DNA of 64,000 bases from NCBI GenBank assembly GCA_964446485.1, contig CAYUOU010000002.1, positions 5,904 to 69,903 on the forward strand, written 5' to 3'. A program made the position numbers and the translations under genes. Below the pieces are notes generated by a model that was not told where the DNA came from, did not search any database, and saw nothing but the letters and a program-made list of their open reading frames with translations. Position 1 is the first letter of the stretch; the number at the start of each line of letters is the position of its first letter. Positions 17,849 to 29,700 of this stretch are shown here, one piece after another. The DNA comes from an uncultured Desulfobacterales bacterium (GTDB taxonomy: Bacteria > Desulfobacterota > Desulfobacteria > Desulfobacterales > JBDRRP01).

Positions 17849-20800
17849 TTAGCCGGCAGCGGCCGTACGCTGCTGTCCAATAGCATCCAGGCAATTTCGC
17901 GCGTCTTCGTGCCAGGGCTCGGCTTCCAACACCCGCGCAAAAAAGTGCGCGGCGTCATCGCTGCGTTCCAAAAGGTGGCAAATGTGCCCCGTGCCCATGA
18001 GCGCTTCCACGTCGTGAGGGTCCTTGGCCAACAGCGCGACATAAATCTGTAGGGCCTCATCGTATCGGTTCGCGGCGACCGCATAAAAATCGGCCAGGTT
18101 CTTCTGGTAGACGGTGTTGTCCGGCTCTAGGGCCATTGCCTGGGCATAGTGGGACTCGCATCGATCCATATCGTCCTGCCGGTAATACAGCACGCCGAGG
18201 TCGTTGTGGGCCGCCGCGTGGTCCGGGTGGGCGGCGACCAATGATTCAAGGGCAGTTACGGCACCGGCGGCGTCCCCTGCTTCGGCCATTCCAAGCGCTT
18301 TTTGGTAAAGGGCGTCAGGGTCCTCCGTTAGACGCGGCGCCGTCTCTGCCCGGTGGCGTTCTACTGCGTCGAGGTAGCGACCCGCGTCTGCATGCCAGGG
18401 TTCGGCTCGAAGGACTTCACGATAGCGGGCCTCGGCAGCGTCGAATCGCTCCAACGCCACATTGAGGTGGCCGGCAAGCATGTGAACGTCCACATCCGCC
18501 GGGTTCGCGTCTGCCAGGGCATCGTAAATGCGAAGGGCGTCCTCCGTCCGTCCCTGGACGGTATAGTAGAAGTCGGCCAGCTGCTTTTGTATTTGTTGAT
18601 CTTCGGGCGCCCGGCGCGCAGCGGTCTCGAATTGCTGCTGGGCCGTTTCTGCATCGCCCACCGTTTGAAGCAGCTCTCCGAGTCGGCTGTGAGCCTCCGC
18701 GTGGTCCGGGTGCGTCTCAACAATTTGGTTTAAAGCGCTAATGGCCGCGTCGAAGCGCTCGTTTTCAATCATGGTCTCGACAGGCTTCAACATATCGTCG
18801 CCGGATGGCATCTCCGCCGGTTTGTTTTCACCGCCCGGCGGTGTTTCCTTTTCTGGAACGGATCGCTGCTCATGACGGCGTATCGCCTCCACATACTTTC
18901 TGGCTTCATCGTGCCACGGTTCCGTTTCAAGAACCCTTCCGTAAAAGTGTTGCGCGTCTTCGAAGCGTTCGACACTCACGCAGATATGGCCCATCATCAT
19001 GAGGGTGCCCACCTCGAAAGGGTCCAGCGCCAAAATCTTGACGTAAAGTTTCATGGCATCCTCGACACGGTGCTGCTGGCTGTAATAGACGTCTGCCAGC
19101 GTTTTGAGGAGATCCTTATCCGCCGGGTATCGCAACGCAGCCTGTTCCAAAATGTCCACTGCCGCCGCGGTGTCTCCCCGGTGAAGGTGCCTGAGAGCCC
19201 GTTGATAGTCGATACCATTCGGCGAATGGTCTGCCTGGGTGATCACATCAGAGGTGTTCCATGGGGTTGTTTCCGTTTTCTCGATGGGTAGTAGCATAGG
19301 GTTCACCGTTCTCTTTCTTTTCGCGCGGTTCTCCCCTGTCATGGCCGCCGACAAGGGCTCATAGTGTACCTCGGGATCGAAATTCCGTTTGAGGATGCTG
19401 CTGATATCGTAAGTGCCGTATGGCAGTTCTTTGGGCAGGTTCCATTTCACTTTGAATATCTTCCAGTTTTTTAGCAGTCTCTGATGGCGGTCATTGTCTC
19501 CGGCAGCGAAAGTGGCGCCGCCGGCATGGTGGACGAAACTGTCGCGGGCGATCCACGATTGGTAACCGGCCAGCGCCGCCCGCAGGCAGTAGTCGTCGTC
19601 CTCGAAGTTGCCGGTCCCGAAGCGTTCGTCCAACCCGCCGATGCGCAACATCACCTCCCGGGCGAACATCATGCAAAAGCCAACCACCCGTCCTGCACGC
19701 TGGGCAGGCAGTGATTGATGAGCAATCTTAGTGCCAAAATCGTTAAGCCCCTCGAGGGAGTCGATATCGTAATCGACGGCTGCCAGGCGCTGGGGGCCGG
19801 CCACCTGGTTGGACACCGGCCCCACCAGACCGATGTCCGGACGGTGTTGGGCCAGTCGCAGCAGGGGTTCCAGCCACCCGGGCGTCACCACGGTGTCGTT
19901 GTTGAGCAGCAGGATAAAATCCCCCCGTGCAGCGGCCATCCCCTGATTGTTGCCGGCGGCGTAACCCCGGTTTTCGGCATTGGCGATGACCCGAATGTGC
20001 ATCGCTGCCGAAGGGGTGAGCGTCAGGGCATTGGCGTAGGCCACCGTGCCGTCGGTGGAGCCGTTGTCCACAATGATGAGTTCGAAGGGCGATCGCGTGT
20101 GGGCCAGCACGCTCTCGACGCACTGGCGGGTCAGGTGCAGTTGGTTAAAGGTCAGTACGATGATGGAGGTCAATGACGAATCGGTGGAGATGCCGGCGGC
20201 TTTCATGCGGCCCTCCGCGTCGATAATCGTGTCCGGAGAGACTTTCCCCAGCCACCGCTGGTGGAGCCGCTGGATATTCTCGGCCGCCCGCCGGAAGCGC
20301 TCGGGGCCGCTTTTGGACTCGTAGTGAATCGCCTGGCTTTCCGGCTGGTAGAACAGGCGCCACCCTGCGGCTCCCAATGATAGGCACAGATCGACGTCCT
20401 CGTAGCCATTCCAGTAGGCCTCGTCGAAACCGCCCACCGCATTGAAGGCGTCTTTACGCACCAGCAAACAGGCCGCCGAAAGCGCCTTGAAAGTCTTTGC
20501 GTGGTTGACTTCCGGCGCGTTTCCCGAGCTTCCAGCGCAGCGGTGCATGGCCTGTAGTGGATCCCCAGTGCGCCGGTTGTCCACTAGTATCACGCCGGCG
20601 TGCTGGATTGTGCCGTCGGGGTAAAGCAATTTGCTGCCCACGGCCCCCACCGAAGGATCGGTGTCAAGACAGTGGATTAAAGGCGGTAGCCAGCCAGGCC
20701 TCACCTCGACATCGTTGTTCAAAAACAACACTGCGTCTCCGACAGCAGCCACGGCGCCTTGGTTGCATGCCCGGGCGAACCCCTGATTCTCTCCATTAGA

Positions 20801-23800
20801 GATTACCGTGATTGAGGAAGATTCGATGGTACTCAGGTAGGCGCCGGTACCGTCGGTAGAGCCGTTATCCACGATAATCGTCTCGCATAGATGCGCCGGG
20901 GTGTTCTCTGCCAGAGCGGCGAGGCATCGTCGCGTATATGCCAGTTGATTGAACACGGGGATCACCACCGACACCCGAGGCGTTTGCGGAGTGCGCTCAA
21001 GGTGCACCGGCAGCAGAAGAGACGCCCAGTGATGCAAGTTGTCGGAAAGGGCATGGTGACGCCAGACATCGCGGCGGGCGGCCTGGGCTATCCGCTGCCG
21101 CGTTTCCGGCGAAGACAGCAACATCCTCAACGCGTTGGTCCAGGCAGCACCCTCGTTTTTCACCAGCACGCCGTTCTCCAGCTGATTGACAACCCTCTGG
21201 TAGGGTGGCAGATCAGAGAAGACGCCGGCAATTTCACAGGCGCCATATTCCAGCCACTTGATGGGGCTTTTAGCTCGATTGAACGGGGTATCCGCCAGGG
21301 GCACAACGGCCAACTCGGGCCGAAGCGCCGCCAGCAGTTGGCTGTATTCTGCATAATCCGTTCTAAAGGGGGCGACTTGCCGGACATTTTCCAGAGCTTC
21401 CAAGCGCGGACTACGATTACCCCACAGCAGCAATTCAACGGAATCTCCGAACTCCTTCAAAATCTGCTCCAGGGAAGCCTCGATTATGGATAGATCCGGT
21501 TCGTGTCCCTCAGTGCCGGCAAAAAGGATCCTAGTCTTTCCGCTTCCAGCCGACTGGGGCGCGTGCTGGAAACTCCAGACGGCGTCCGGGAGGCAGTTGG
21601 GCACGACAGCGATATCAGACCTCAAATGCCGATAGGCCGCCTTCACCTGCAATGTAGACACGATGACAGCATCGGCCTTTTTGATGTAGGTCTCAATGTC
21701 GGGGGCAATGCGCTGGTAATAGTCATGCGCGGGGTGATCGGGCTTCAAACTTATGAACGCATCGTCAAATTCATAAACGATGGCCGGCCGATTAGGGCCG
21801 AGATCTTCTGCTAAGCGATGATACGGCAACGCTTTGGCGGCGTTCCGTTGTACGATGATGAGGTCGAGCTGAGGCCAGGTCTCCCGTAGGGATGCTTTTG
21901 CGGAAGGAATCTTGAGTGGGGCCCAGTCGATCGGCCAGTGCCTCTGGAGCTCCCGCAGCGGCTGAATCAACCGTATTTGGGGGCAGGCGAATGTCGGTTC
22001 GTCGAGGGTGACAATACCAATACGATAGGGACGTCGGTCGGTATTCCGCGGTGGTACATAAACACGAATCGGGCTGCCCGTAGCGCTCCTTGTGGTGCCA
22101 TCAGCCTCAATGATAGTGTCGGGGGTGAAACGGTTGGCCCACTTGCCCTGAAGCAGACGCAGATTGCTGTCCGTTCGGACATGGCGCTCCGGCCCGCTCT
22201 GCGATTCATGGTGAATCACGCGGCATTTTGGTTGGTATACCAATACCCCGCCCACCGCCCCGAGCTTCAAGCAAAGATCGACGTCCTCATATCCGTTCCA
22301 GAAAGATTCGTCGAAACCGCCGACCGCATCGAAACGTTCGCGCCGAACCATCAGGCAGGCCGCGGTGAGCGCCTGATAAACACGGGGTTCGCTGGCTGCC
22401 GGATGGGCCGCCGGCTTACCGTAGAAGGGATGCCAGGGTGCGACGGGTAGAGACTCGGCCAAGTTTTGAGAGACAGCCACACCAGCATGCTGGATCGTAC
22501 CGTTGGGGAATACCAGTTTGCCGCCAACGGCCACCACTCGAGAATCAGTGTCCAGCACCTCCAATAGTGCCGACAGCCACCCCGCCTCTGGCTCTGTGTC
22601 GTTGTTGAGAAACAGCAGATATCCGGATCTGGCGGCATTGGCGCCCTGATTGCAGGCCTTGGCAAATCCCTGGTTGACGTCGTTGGTGATAACCCGGAGC
22701 CGATGCCCCTGGGACGCCAGAAGATCAGAGGTTCCGTCGGTCGAACCGTTGTCGACAACAATGATCTCGGCCAATTCTTCCGGGGTATGTTCCCGGATGC
22801 GCTCCAGGCATCGGTGCGTCATTTCCACTTGGTTGAATACTGGGATGATAATGGAACATCGTGGGCGCATGAGCTGTTTTCTCCGCTGATACCGTTCTCG
22901 ATACCATCGGTGAATGAACCGGGCTTCCAGAATGGGAATCTGGCCTTTCTGGGACAGTGCGTCCGGGGAGATCCATTGCAATCCGGTGAAGCCCTCGATG
23001 TGGCGGCACATGAACCGTTCGCCCATCCGCAGCCAGAATTCCTGGTCACCGTCCGCCAGAAACCGCTCGTCAAAGTAACCCACTGCATCGTGGACCGAGC
23101 GCCTCCACATGGGGTGAGGGCCTATCATGCATTCATTGAGCAGGTCTTCATACCGGTATTCCGGCCAGCGGTAAGCGTCGTAGTGCTGATTGGCTCCAAA
23201 AGTCTCATGCGGGTGCCGCGTAAGATAGGTGTCGCCGTAAACCATGGCCACATCCGAATGCGCCTCAAGCTCGCCTGCCATGATCCGGCACGCGTCGACA
23301 TGGAGGTGGTCGTTGGTGCTCATACTGAACAGAAACCGACCCCGGGCCGCCCGAACAGCAATGTTCCAGGCGGCATAAACACCAATGCGGGCCCGGGTGC
23401 GAAGGTAGGCGATGTTTGGATGGCGGGCACGGTAGCGCAGGACGATATCTCGCTCGTCTTCGGGCGAATCGGCATCAACCACCACGATCTCCAAGCGCGC
23501 ACCGATACTTTGAGACAGCAGGTTTTCGAGGCACTCCACCATGAACGCCTCCGACCGGTAAGTGGATACGATGGCGGTGACCCAATAGTCTCCCGGCGCG
23601 GAAGGTACCGAGGCGACGATTTCTTTTTCCTGGGAGCCGTCGGCCAGACTGCTCCAGGTTCGGAGGACCTCTGTATCGAAAGGCTGTTTGACCAGTTGCG
23701 CCAGGCATCGGGCGCGCAGTGTGTCGACGGCCGCACGCGGGTAGGACCGGGCGGGTGCCGTCACCGAATCTCCTGGCGTTTTTCTCGCGACCGCGTCCTC

Positions 23801-26788
23801 GGGTGCAACCTGGCTAATCAGCCTGATCGGTGTGGGCGCCGGCTCAGTATCCGTGGCGCAAGGGAAGCTTCTTTCCCGGGCAATCACGGTATCGGCTTCA
23901 GCGTTGTACGCCGGCATATACCGGGCCGTCTTCTGGTCCGGATGGCTGCGAAATCCGCCGAGCAGCGCATCCACCGAATACAAGGCATCGGTTCGGAAGA
24001 AGCGACTCCACAATTCCAGGTCTCCGGCGAATTTCAAAGCGGTGTCCATGACCCCGCCGGCCTGTTCCCAGAGAGCTCTCCGCCAGAAAGTGGATTCCTG
24101 CTGAATGTGTGGGGGACCATAACGGCCGGAAAGGTAGTCATGCCGGCACCACTTCGACAGCGGATTCAGGATGTCGCTCAATCGTCCGTCGGCATCCCAG
24201 ACGGTGGGACGCCCGGTGATCCACCGGGCGTGTGGCCAGCCCATGAAGACAAGGGCCGTTATGAAAAGTGAATCCTCGTGGAGCTTGTCGTCCGCATTCA
24301 ACCACCCCATGATGTCGCCGGTGCATTTTTGCAGCCCTTCAGCGATGGCGGCATACTGTCCGCCGTCCGGCCGGCTTTGCCAGTGGGCGAGGTGGGTGGC
24401 GCGCTGCTGAATAATCGCCGAGGAATCGTCCCAGCTGCCGCCGTCCATGACGATGTACTCCAGATGGGGATAATCCTGGTCGATAATGGAATCCATGCAG
24501 ACGCTGAGAAAGGCCCCTTGATTCAGAGATGGGGTGACTATGCTGATTCGGGGAAGATGCTCCCGACAGTATCGGTTGGCTTTGACCATTTTGGCCAGCA
24601 ACCGGAAATGCCGCGTCGATGCGAGAGCGTCTTCAGAGCGGTCCGGAGGGGTGGTGGATGCTACCGCCGGCTTTTGCCACAATACCTGGTAAGACATTGG
24701 CCGGCCGAAGGCGTCGTAGGACGTTTTGGTCACGGGCTGCCACAACCTTTCGTAGGCCTGCCGAGACATGGTGTATGCGCCTAAAGCCTTGGGCACTGCC
24801 TCCAGTGGCACGTAGGCGTTGACGGTCCTATAACGCTGAAAGAAATGGTGAAGCAGTCCGTTGGCCCAGACGCCGTCGGCCTTGAGGATGACATCGAAGA
24901 GGTGAAGTGACCACCCGCCGGGCTTCAGTACGCGATCGAGGTCATCGCAGATTCGGTCGCGGACGTTGTCGTCTTCCGCTATGTGCTCCATGACCGAAAT
25001 ACTGATCACTGCGTCGAAATAGCCGTCGGGCAGTTCTGCGGAAAACGATCCGAGGTAGTCGTTCACCCATCGCGCGTTCTGCGATGTCGCTCCCACGGGG
25101 CCGTTCCCAACCCCCTCAAACTTGTCGAGGTTCCAAAACTCATATTCGCCTCCCAGCGCATCGATCACCCGGGAATCCCCCCCGCCGACTTCCAGGATGC
25201 GGGCTCCGGGTGGCAGAACGCTCCGGATGAAGGTGCAGACCAAGAGGTCCTGGTATGCCTTAAGATCGCAGTCGTCAGGACTCACATCGCCCCCATAGAC
25301 CAACCGACAGGCCTCCTCGAATAGGCCGAAATGCCAGTACTGGGAAAATGTGAACGTCTGGAACACCGATGGTAGCAAGTGGCGGTCAACATCTGCTGAA
25401 ACGTCGCGGACACGTGCTGCCGTCGTCGACCCTCCGACGGCCGCCGTCCTGTCGCCGCCTCCGGAACCAGAAGTCTCGGTTTCTCGGCTCATACGAACAA
25501 AAGCTTCGGTTCTAACGATCTCTGGGACGCTTTCAAGCATAAGGATGGGGGTTCTTCGCATGACCTCGGCATGTCTCTTCATAATTTTTTCATAAAGAGC
25601 CGCATAAAGAGAAACGATTCGCGAATGGTCAAAACGCGCGACGGCCGTCTTCCGTGCATTGCCGCTCAAGGTCCGACAGGCATCAGGATGACCCGCCAAA
25701 TGGGATACGACAGCCACCATGCTGGCGACATCCCCCGTTGGAACGACCCGCCCCGTCACACCATCTTCGATCATCTCGGGAATGCCCCCAGTGCCAAACG
25801 TCACCGGCGGGATGCCGCAGGACAAGGCCTCTATGATGACCAGTGGACAGTTGTCCGCCACGGGCGTGTACAGAAAAGCGTCCATGGCGCTGTAGACCCG
25901 GCATAGTGCCGCCTCGTCCTGGATATGGGGTACATTGACAATGCGTGGGTCTTCGGAATGGGCATCACTGCCGATGTTCACAAAAATAAGTTCCGGGTGC
26001 CGCTCCCAAAGCCCCTTCAGCACCTGGTGGGTGTAATGACCGCCTTTCCACGGGTTGGTGAGTGTGCCGCCATGTCCGACGGCCCCAACCACGAATCGCT
26101 CTGCGGGGATGCCGAACTCCGCCCTGGCACGCCTGGGGTCTTTCGGCTTGAACCGCAGGGTATCAATGCCGTTGGGTATTACACTCCTAGGCAGGTGCCT
26201 GAGATTGCTACTGGCAACCTTCTTCTCTAACCAATGTGAAGGCGTGACCACATGTGCGTTCAGATGTCTGTAAATAAAGGCTTTGTCCAGCCAGAGCCGA
26301 TCAGCCACGTCCAGGGAAATGGCAGGCTCGATGTCGAGCCGGGGGCACCTTTTGCAGCCGTTCCGCCACCGCATACAATCAAAGGCGTGTGCACAGTGCC
26401 CTGTTATTGCCTGCATGTCGTGGAGCGTCCAAACCGTCGGTGTTGACCGCGTGAGTGCCGGCAGCGAAAACGGATTGAAGTAGTCTCCATGAAGGTTGTG
26501 AAGGTGGAGCAGGTCGGCGGCACGAATCTCATCATGAAAAACAAGTTGATGACTTCCCTGAAGCTCATAGTACAGCAGCCCCCGGTTCCTGCATTTTCCC
26601 ATCAGATAGGGATCCGGCGATTTGGGGAAAACGTGGACGCTGCCGGCTCGACTAATACGGTGCCCCACCATCATCCCGGCGTCGTGCCCCGCCTCGCGTT
26701 GAGCCTCGGCCAATCGCCAGGCCACTTTGGCGGCACCTCCCACAGCATCGTGGGTGTTGATGTGAACGATCTTTCTGGAATCAGACAT
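17849..26788 (-). CDS. Giant multidomain glycosyltransferase (~2980 aa): GT4, methyltransferase, 3x GT2, GT-B, 2x GT2, TPR array
   Basis: In order: LHLHNLHG/TLHD; LEVGGG; SIVTPSLNQ/WLNADD; AIVSTY; SIIIPVFNQ/FLNNDTE; YEFDD/KWLEY; SVVIPVFNQ/FLNNDVE; SIIVLTFNQ/LLNNDTV; C-terminal TPRs. Confidence 0.9.
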   Translation of the reverse strand: MSDSRKIVHINTHDAVGGAAKVAWRLAEAQREAGHDAGMMVGHRISRAGSVHVFPKSPDPYLMGKCRNRGLLYYELQGSHQLVFHDEIRAADLLHLHNLHGDYFNPFSLPALTRSTPTVWTLHDMQAITGHCAHAFDCMRWRNGCKRCPRLDIEPAISLDVADRLWLDKAFIYRHLNAHVVTPSHWLEKKVASSNLRHLPRSVIPNGIDTLRFKPKDPRRARAEFGIPAERFVVGAVGHGGTLTNPWKGGHYTHQVLKGLWERHPELIFVNIGSDAHSEDPRIVNVPHIQDEAALCRVYSAMDAFLYTPVADNCPLVIIEALSCGIPPVTFGTGGIPEMIEDGVTGRVVPTGDVASMVAVVSHLAGHPDACRTLSGNARKTAVARFDHSRIVSLYAALYEKIMKRHAEVMRRTPILMLESVPEIVRTEAFVRMSRETETSGSGGGDRTAAVGGSTTAARVRDVSADVDRHLLPSVFQTFTFSQYWHFGLFEEACRLVYGGDVSPDDCDLKAYQDLLVCTFIRSVLPPGARILEVGGGDSRVIDALGGEYEFWNLDKFEGVGNGPVGATSQNARWVNDYLGSFSAELPDGYFDAVISISVMEHIAEDDNVRDRICDDLDRVLKPGGWSLHLFDVILKADGVWANGLLHHFFQRYRTVNAYVPLEAVPKALGAYTMSRQAYERLWQPVTKTSYDAFGRPMSYQVLWQKPAVASTTPPDRSEDALASTRHFRLLAKMVKANRYCREHLPRISIVTPSLNQGAFLSVCMDSIIDQDYPHLEYIVMDGGSWDDSSAIIQQRATHLAHWQSRPDGGQYAAIAEGLQKCTGDIMGWLNADDKLHEDSLFITALVFMGWPHARWITGRPTVWDADGRLSDILNPLSKWCRHDYLSGRYGPPHIQQESTFWRRALWEQAGGVMDTALKFAGDLELWSRFFRTDALYSVDALLGGFRSHPDQKTARYMPAYNAEADTVIARERSFPCATDTEPAPTPIRLISQVAPEDAVARKTPGDSVTAPARSYPRAAVDTLRARCLAQLVKQPFDTEVLRTWSSLADGSQEKEIVASVPSAPGDYWVTAIVSTYRSEAFMVECLENLLSQSIGARLEIVVVDADSPEDERDIVLRYRARHPNIAYLRTRARIGVYAAWNIAVRAARGRFLFSMSTNDHLHVDACRIMAGELEAHSDVAMVYGDTYLTRHPHETFGANQHYDAYRWPEYRYEDLLNECMIGPHPMWRRSVHDAVGYFDERFLADGDQEFWLRMGERFMCRHIEGFTGLQWISPDALSQKGQIPILEARFIHRWYRERYQRRKQLMRPRCSIIIPVFNQVEMTHRCLERIREHTPEELAEIIVVDNGSTDGTSDLLASQGHRLRVITNDVNQGFAKACNQGANAARSGYLLFLNNDTEPEAGWLSALLEVLDTDSRVVAVGGKLVFPNGTIQHAGVAVSQNLAESLPVAPWHPFYGKPAAHPAASEPRVYQALTAACLMVRRERFDAVGGFDESFWNGYEDVDLCLKLGAVGGVLVYQPKCRVIHHESQSGPERHVRTDSNLRLLQGKWANRFTPDTIIEADGTTRSATGSPIRVYVPPRNTDRRPYRIGIVTLDEPTFACPQIRLIQPLRELQRHWPIDWAPLKIPSAKASLRETWPQLDLIIVQRNAAKALPYHRLAEDLGPNRPAIVYEFDDAFISLKPDHPAHDYYQRIAPDIETYIKKADAVIVSTLQVKAAYRHLRSDIAVVPNCLPDAVWSFQHAPQSAGSGKTRILFAGTEGHEPDLSIIEASLEQILKEFGDSVELLLWGNRSPRLEALENVRQVAPFRTDYAEYSQLLAALRPELAVVPLADTPFNRAKSPIKWLEYGACEIAGVFSDLPPYQRVVNQLENGVLVKNEGAAWTNALRMLLSSPETRQRIAQAARRDVWRHHALSDNLHHWASLLLPVHLERTPQTPRVSVVIPVFNQLAYTRRCLAALAENTPAHLCETIIVDNGSTDGTGAYLSTIESSSITVISNGENQGFARACNQGAVAAVGDAVLFLNNDVEVRPGWLPPLIHCLDTDPSVGAVGSKLLYPDGTIQHAGVILVDNRRTGDPLQAMHRCAGSSGNAPEVNHAKTFKALSAACLLVRKDAFNAVGGFDEAYWNGYEDVDLCLSLGAAGWRLFYQPESQAIHYESKSGPERFRRAAENIQRLHQRWLGKVSPDTIIDAEGRMKAAGISTDSSLTSIIVLTFNQLHLTRQCVESVLAHTRSPFELIIVDNGSTDGTVAYANALTLTPSAAMHIRVIANAENRGYAAGNNQGMAAARGDFILLLNNDTVVTPGWLEPLLRLAQHRPDIGLVGPVSNQVAGPQRLAAVDYDIDSLEGLNDFGTKIAHQSLPAQRAGRVVGFCMMFAREVMLRIGGLDERFGTGNFEDDDYCLRAALAGYQSWIARDSFVHHAGGATFAAGDNDRHQRLLKNWKIFKVKWNLPKELPYGTYDISSILKRNFDPEVHYEPLSAAMTGENRAKRKRTVNPMLLPIEKTETTPWNTSDVITQADHSPNGIDYQRALRHLHRGDTAAAVDILEQAALRYPADKDLLKTLADVYYSQQHRVEDAMKLYVKILALDPFEVGTLMMMGHICVSVERFEDAQHFYGRVLETEPWHDEARKYVEAIRRHEQRSVPEKETPPGGENKPAEMPSGDDMLKPVETMIENERFDAAISALNQIVETHPDHAEAHSRLGELLQTVGDAETAQQQFETAARRAPEDQQIQKQLADFYYTVQGRTEDALRIYDALADANPADVDVHMLAGHLNVALERFDAAEARYREVLRAEPWHADAGRYLDAVERHRAETAPRLTEDPDALYQKALGMAEAGDAAGAVTALESLVAAHPDHAAAHNDLGVLYYRQDDMDRCESHYAQAMALEPDNTVYQKNLADFYAVAANRYDEALQIYVALLAKDPHDVEALMGTGHICHLLERSDDAAHFFARVLEAEPWHEDARNCLDAIGQQRTAAAG

Positions 26789-29700
26789 GGTCCCCTGCCA
26801 AGATGCCGCCCGAGATATCAATGTGATTGGTCATGAAGTTTTTGAGCCGCCGGTCCCTCTGGGCCAGGGCTATCTGATCGAGTTCACTGCCGTTGGAGGC
26901 GGACAGCCATTGTGCGAAGACTTCACCGTTCCAGTTTCTCACCAGGCGGCGCGGGACCCGGTACCGGTCCAGCGGTGCGGTTACCCGTCCCTGTGCATTG
27001 GCGATGCCGGAAGAAAAACCGCTCAGTTTGACGATCGCGGCCGTAGTGCCGGTAAAATCGCCCCCCGTGCCAAAAGGATAAGAAAAATGATGTACTGGGC
27101 CGCCGGTGATTTCTTCGAGTATCTTTTTCGACAGATAAATTTCCCGCATCTGCTCTTCCGGCGCCAATGCGCTAAGGCACGCATGGCTGACGGTGTGAGC
27201 GCCGATCTCAACGAATGGACTCCGTGCCAACCGCCGCAGTTCGGCTGTGGACAGTCGTCGGTGCGCTGGACAGGCCTCAATTCGTCGTCCCGCCCGTTCG
27301 TGTACGCTCGCAAGAACTCGGTTGATATCCGCAGGGGTCATTGCACGAAACCGGTTGCACAATCGCTTATATGCCTGAATTCGTTCTGCTGGAGTGCCTG
27401 TGGGGACTATTCGAGGAAAATCATCCGACCCGATATCCAAGCGCTCTGGCATCGCCCCGTGGAAAAAGAGATGCTCTAGCGCGTCCCACCAGAACTCGGA
27501 AGGCTCGTCTAAACCGCCGGCGGTAACAAAGATGGTCACCGGCAGTTGGTGCGCTTCGATAATCGGCAGAGCGTCTGCAAGATTGTCGGCATAGCCATCG
27601 TCAACGGTGATGGCCACCATGTCCCCTGCAGACTGGCCGTCATTCGCCACATTCATCAGGACCGACAGGGGTACAACCCGGCAGTGCTTCTTCAGATGGG
27701 TCAGATGATCATTGAAATGCTTTGGAGATACCGCCAATAATTGGGGGTCCAGGGGATCTTCCGACACGCGGTGGTAGAGCAGTACTGACGGGCCTGCCGG
27801 TGAAATGACCGCTGCGCCGGTGCTAGACCCGGTTTTGTGCACGATCGCCGTGAGCACCACCTGATAGTCGTCGTCACGGACCTCCAGGATCTCCTGCGTC
27901 AGTTCCTCCTGAGCGCGGCCGTCGAGAAACGCCTTGGCCACTGCTACGTTACCGTGAGCTGTCACTCGGATGTCAGCCCCTGGCGCGGCCTCCTTCAGCA
28001 GTCGCGCCAGGGAGTGATCGGTGAACCGCCAGTATTCTCCCCAGCGGTCCATGTCATATCGCGAAATCTGACTGATGCCGCTGGCCGTCAGAAGCAGGTG
28101 GCCACCCGGCTTCAGCGCGCGCACCGCGCCGGAGAGAGCCGCCTTGACGTTATAAATGCATTGGATTGTCTGGGTAAGGATGATGCAGTCATAAGCGCCT
28201 TCTTGGAGCCCTCCCCCTTCGGTCAGATCACCCACGATCGTCACGCCCGGGCCCGGTGCGGCGTTAAGCACGTCCGAGCTAGTCACGGCGCTGCCAAATT
28301 GCCGGGTGTAGGCGGCATCGCCAATCTCCAGCACGCGGCCGGTGATGTGCCTGCGATGCTCGTCGAGAAAGGCCTCGATGTAAAACCGATCGATAGGTGT
28401 TCCCCGATCAAAGCCGAATTGGCGACTGATAGGCATCAACCGCGCCCCTGAAACCGTTGAGGCTGGCGCCGTAGAGGGCCCCAGGATGCGTTCGATGAGC
28501 GCGATCCCCTCGTCGTCGAATTGGCGCCGCCAATCGCCGACAATGCCTTTGCGGTAATGTGAAGATTTATTCTCTTGCCCCCGCCCCCGCCCTGATACTT
28601 TTTTGAACTCGAATCGGGCGATGGTTCTAGCCAAGCGTTCATCGGAAAGGGAGGCACCGACGAACCGCGCCACGTGGTCCATCACCCGGGTGCAGTCGTG
28701 AACGAGGTCTTCGTAGGCCACTTGGTGAAGCCGGGGGTGATCTGTGTTGATCCAGTCCTGCAGAAGGCCGGTGTAGTGGTGCGCATAAGTCGACAAATCC
28801 CATTTCAAGATATCGTTGATGGCCATATCGGGAAACGGCGGCAGGTCTGGGCGGTATCCCTCGACGTGTTTTCGCATATTTACTGAAGAGGCCACTACGT
28901 CGTGGGGGGCGCGGTGGAGAAACAGCACATCGAAATCGTAGGCGTCCGCCCATGCCATGACCTGTTCCGGCGTTTCGGCCATGTGTCGGACAGATATATG
29001 GTTCATCGCCAGGGTGCATAGTACTTCTTTCTCGCTGTCTGCGCCATCCGTGTACTCCCAGCTCATTTCAAGCAGATCGGCGACCATGTTTGACAACCAG
29101 TGGGTGCCGGACCGCCATAGAGTGTAAATCAGCAACCGCGGCCGAAGCGCCTCGTCGAGGGCGCCATCGCCACCGAAACTGGGGTCAAGTGTGCTGGATG
29201 GATGACCACCGGGCGAATTGTCCATGGCCGCGCTCGAGACGTCCCTGTAACTGCCAATTGCCTTGATCTGCGGTAGATCCTGGTCTGCAGTATCTACCGT
29301 TGACGGTAATGCCTGCCGCCGCGCATAGATGAGGAGAAAAAACCGGGTCGATGCATCGGCGCGGAACGGTGGCTTTGTGGCGGGATTGGTTTGATGGTCG
29401 AAGTCATGGACAAGGTAGCGAAATCCGCTACGATCCAAAATCGAGAGAATGGGGTGGAGGCGCTGTCCGATTTCCGGAAATCCGTGATATTCGATTACCA
29501 TTTCCCGGACCTGCCGCAGTGCGTCGGCGACGTCTTCTAGAACATCCAACTCGGCCCCCTCGATGTTGAGTTTGAGAAAATCAACACTGCTGGCGAGGTA
29601 AGGCCCCAACCGCGCCACCGGGATGCTGTGGTCGGCCTCTTTGGAAAAAATGGAGCTGCCGTCGGAGTGATCGCTGCCGAACTGGACGGTGCCGTCCTTT

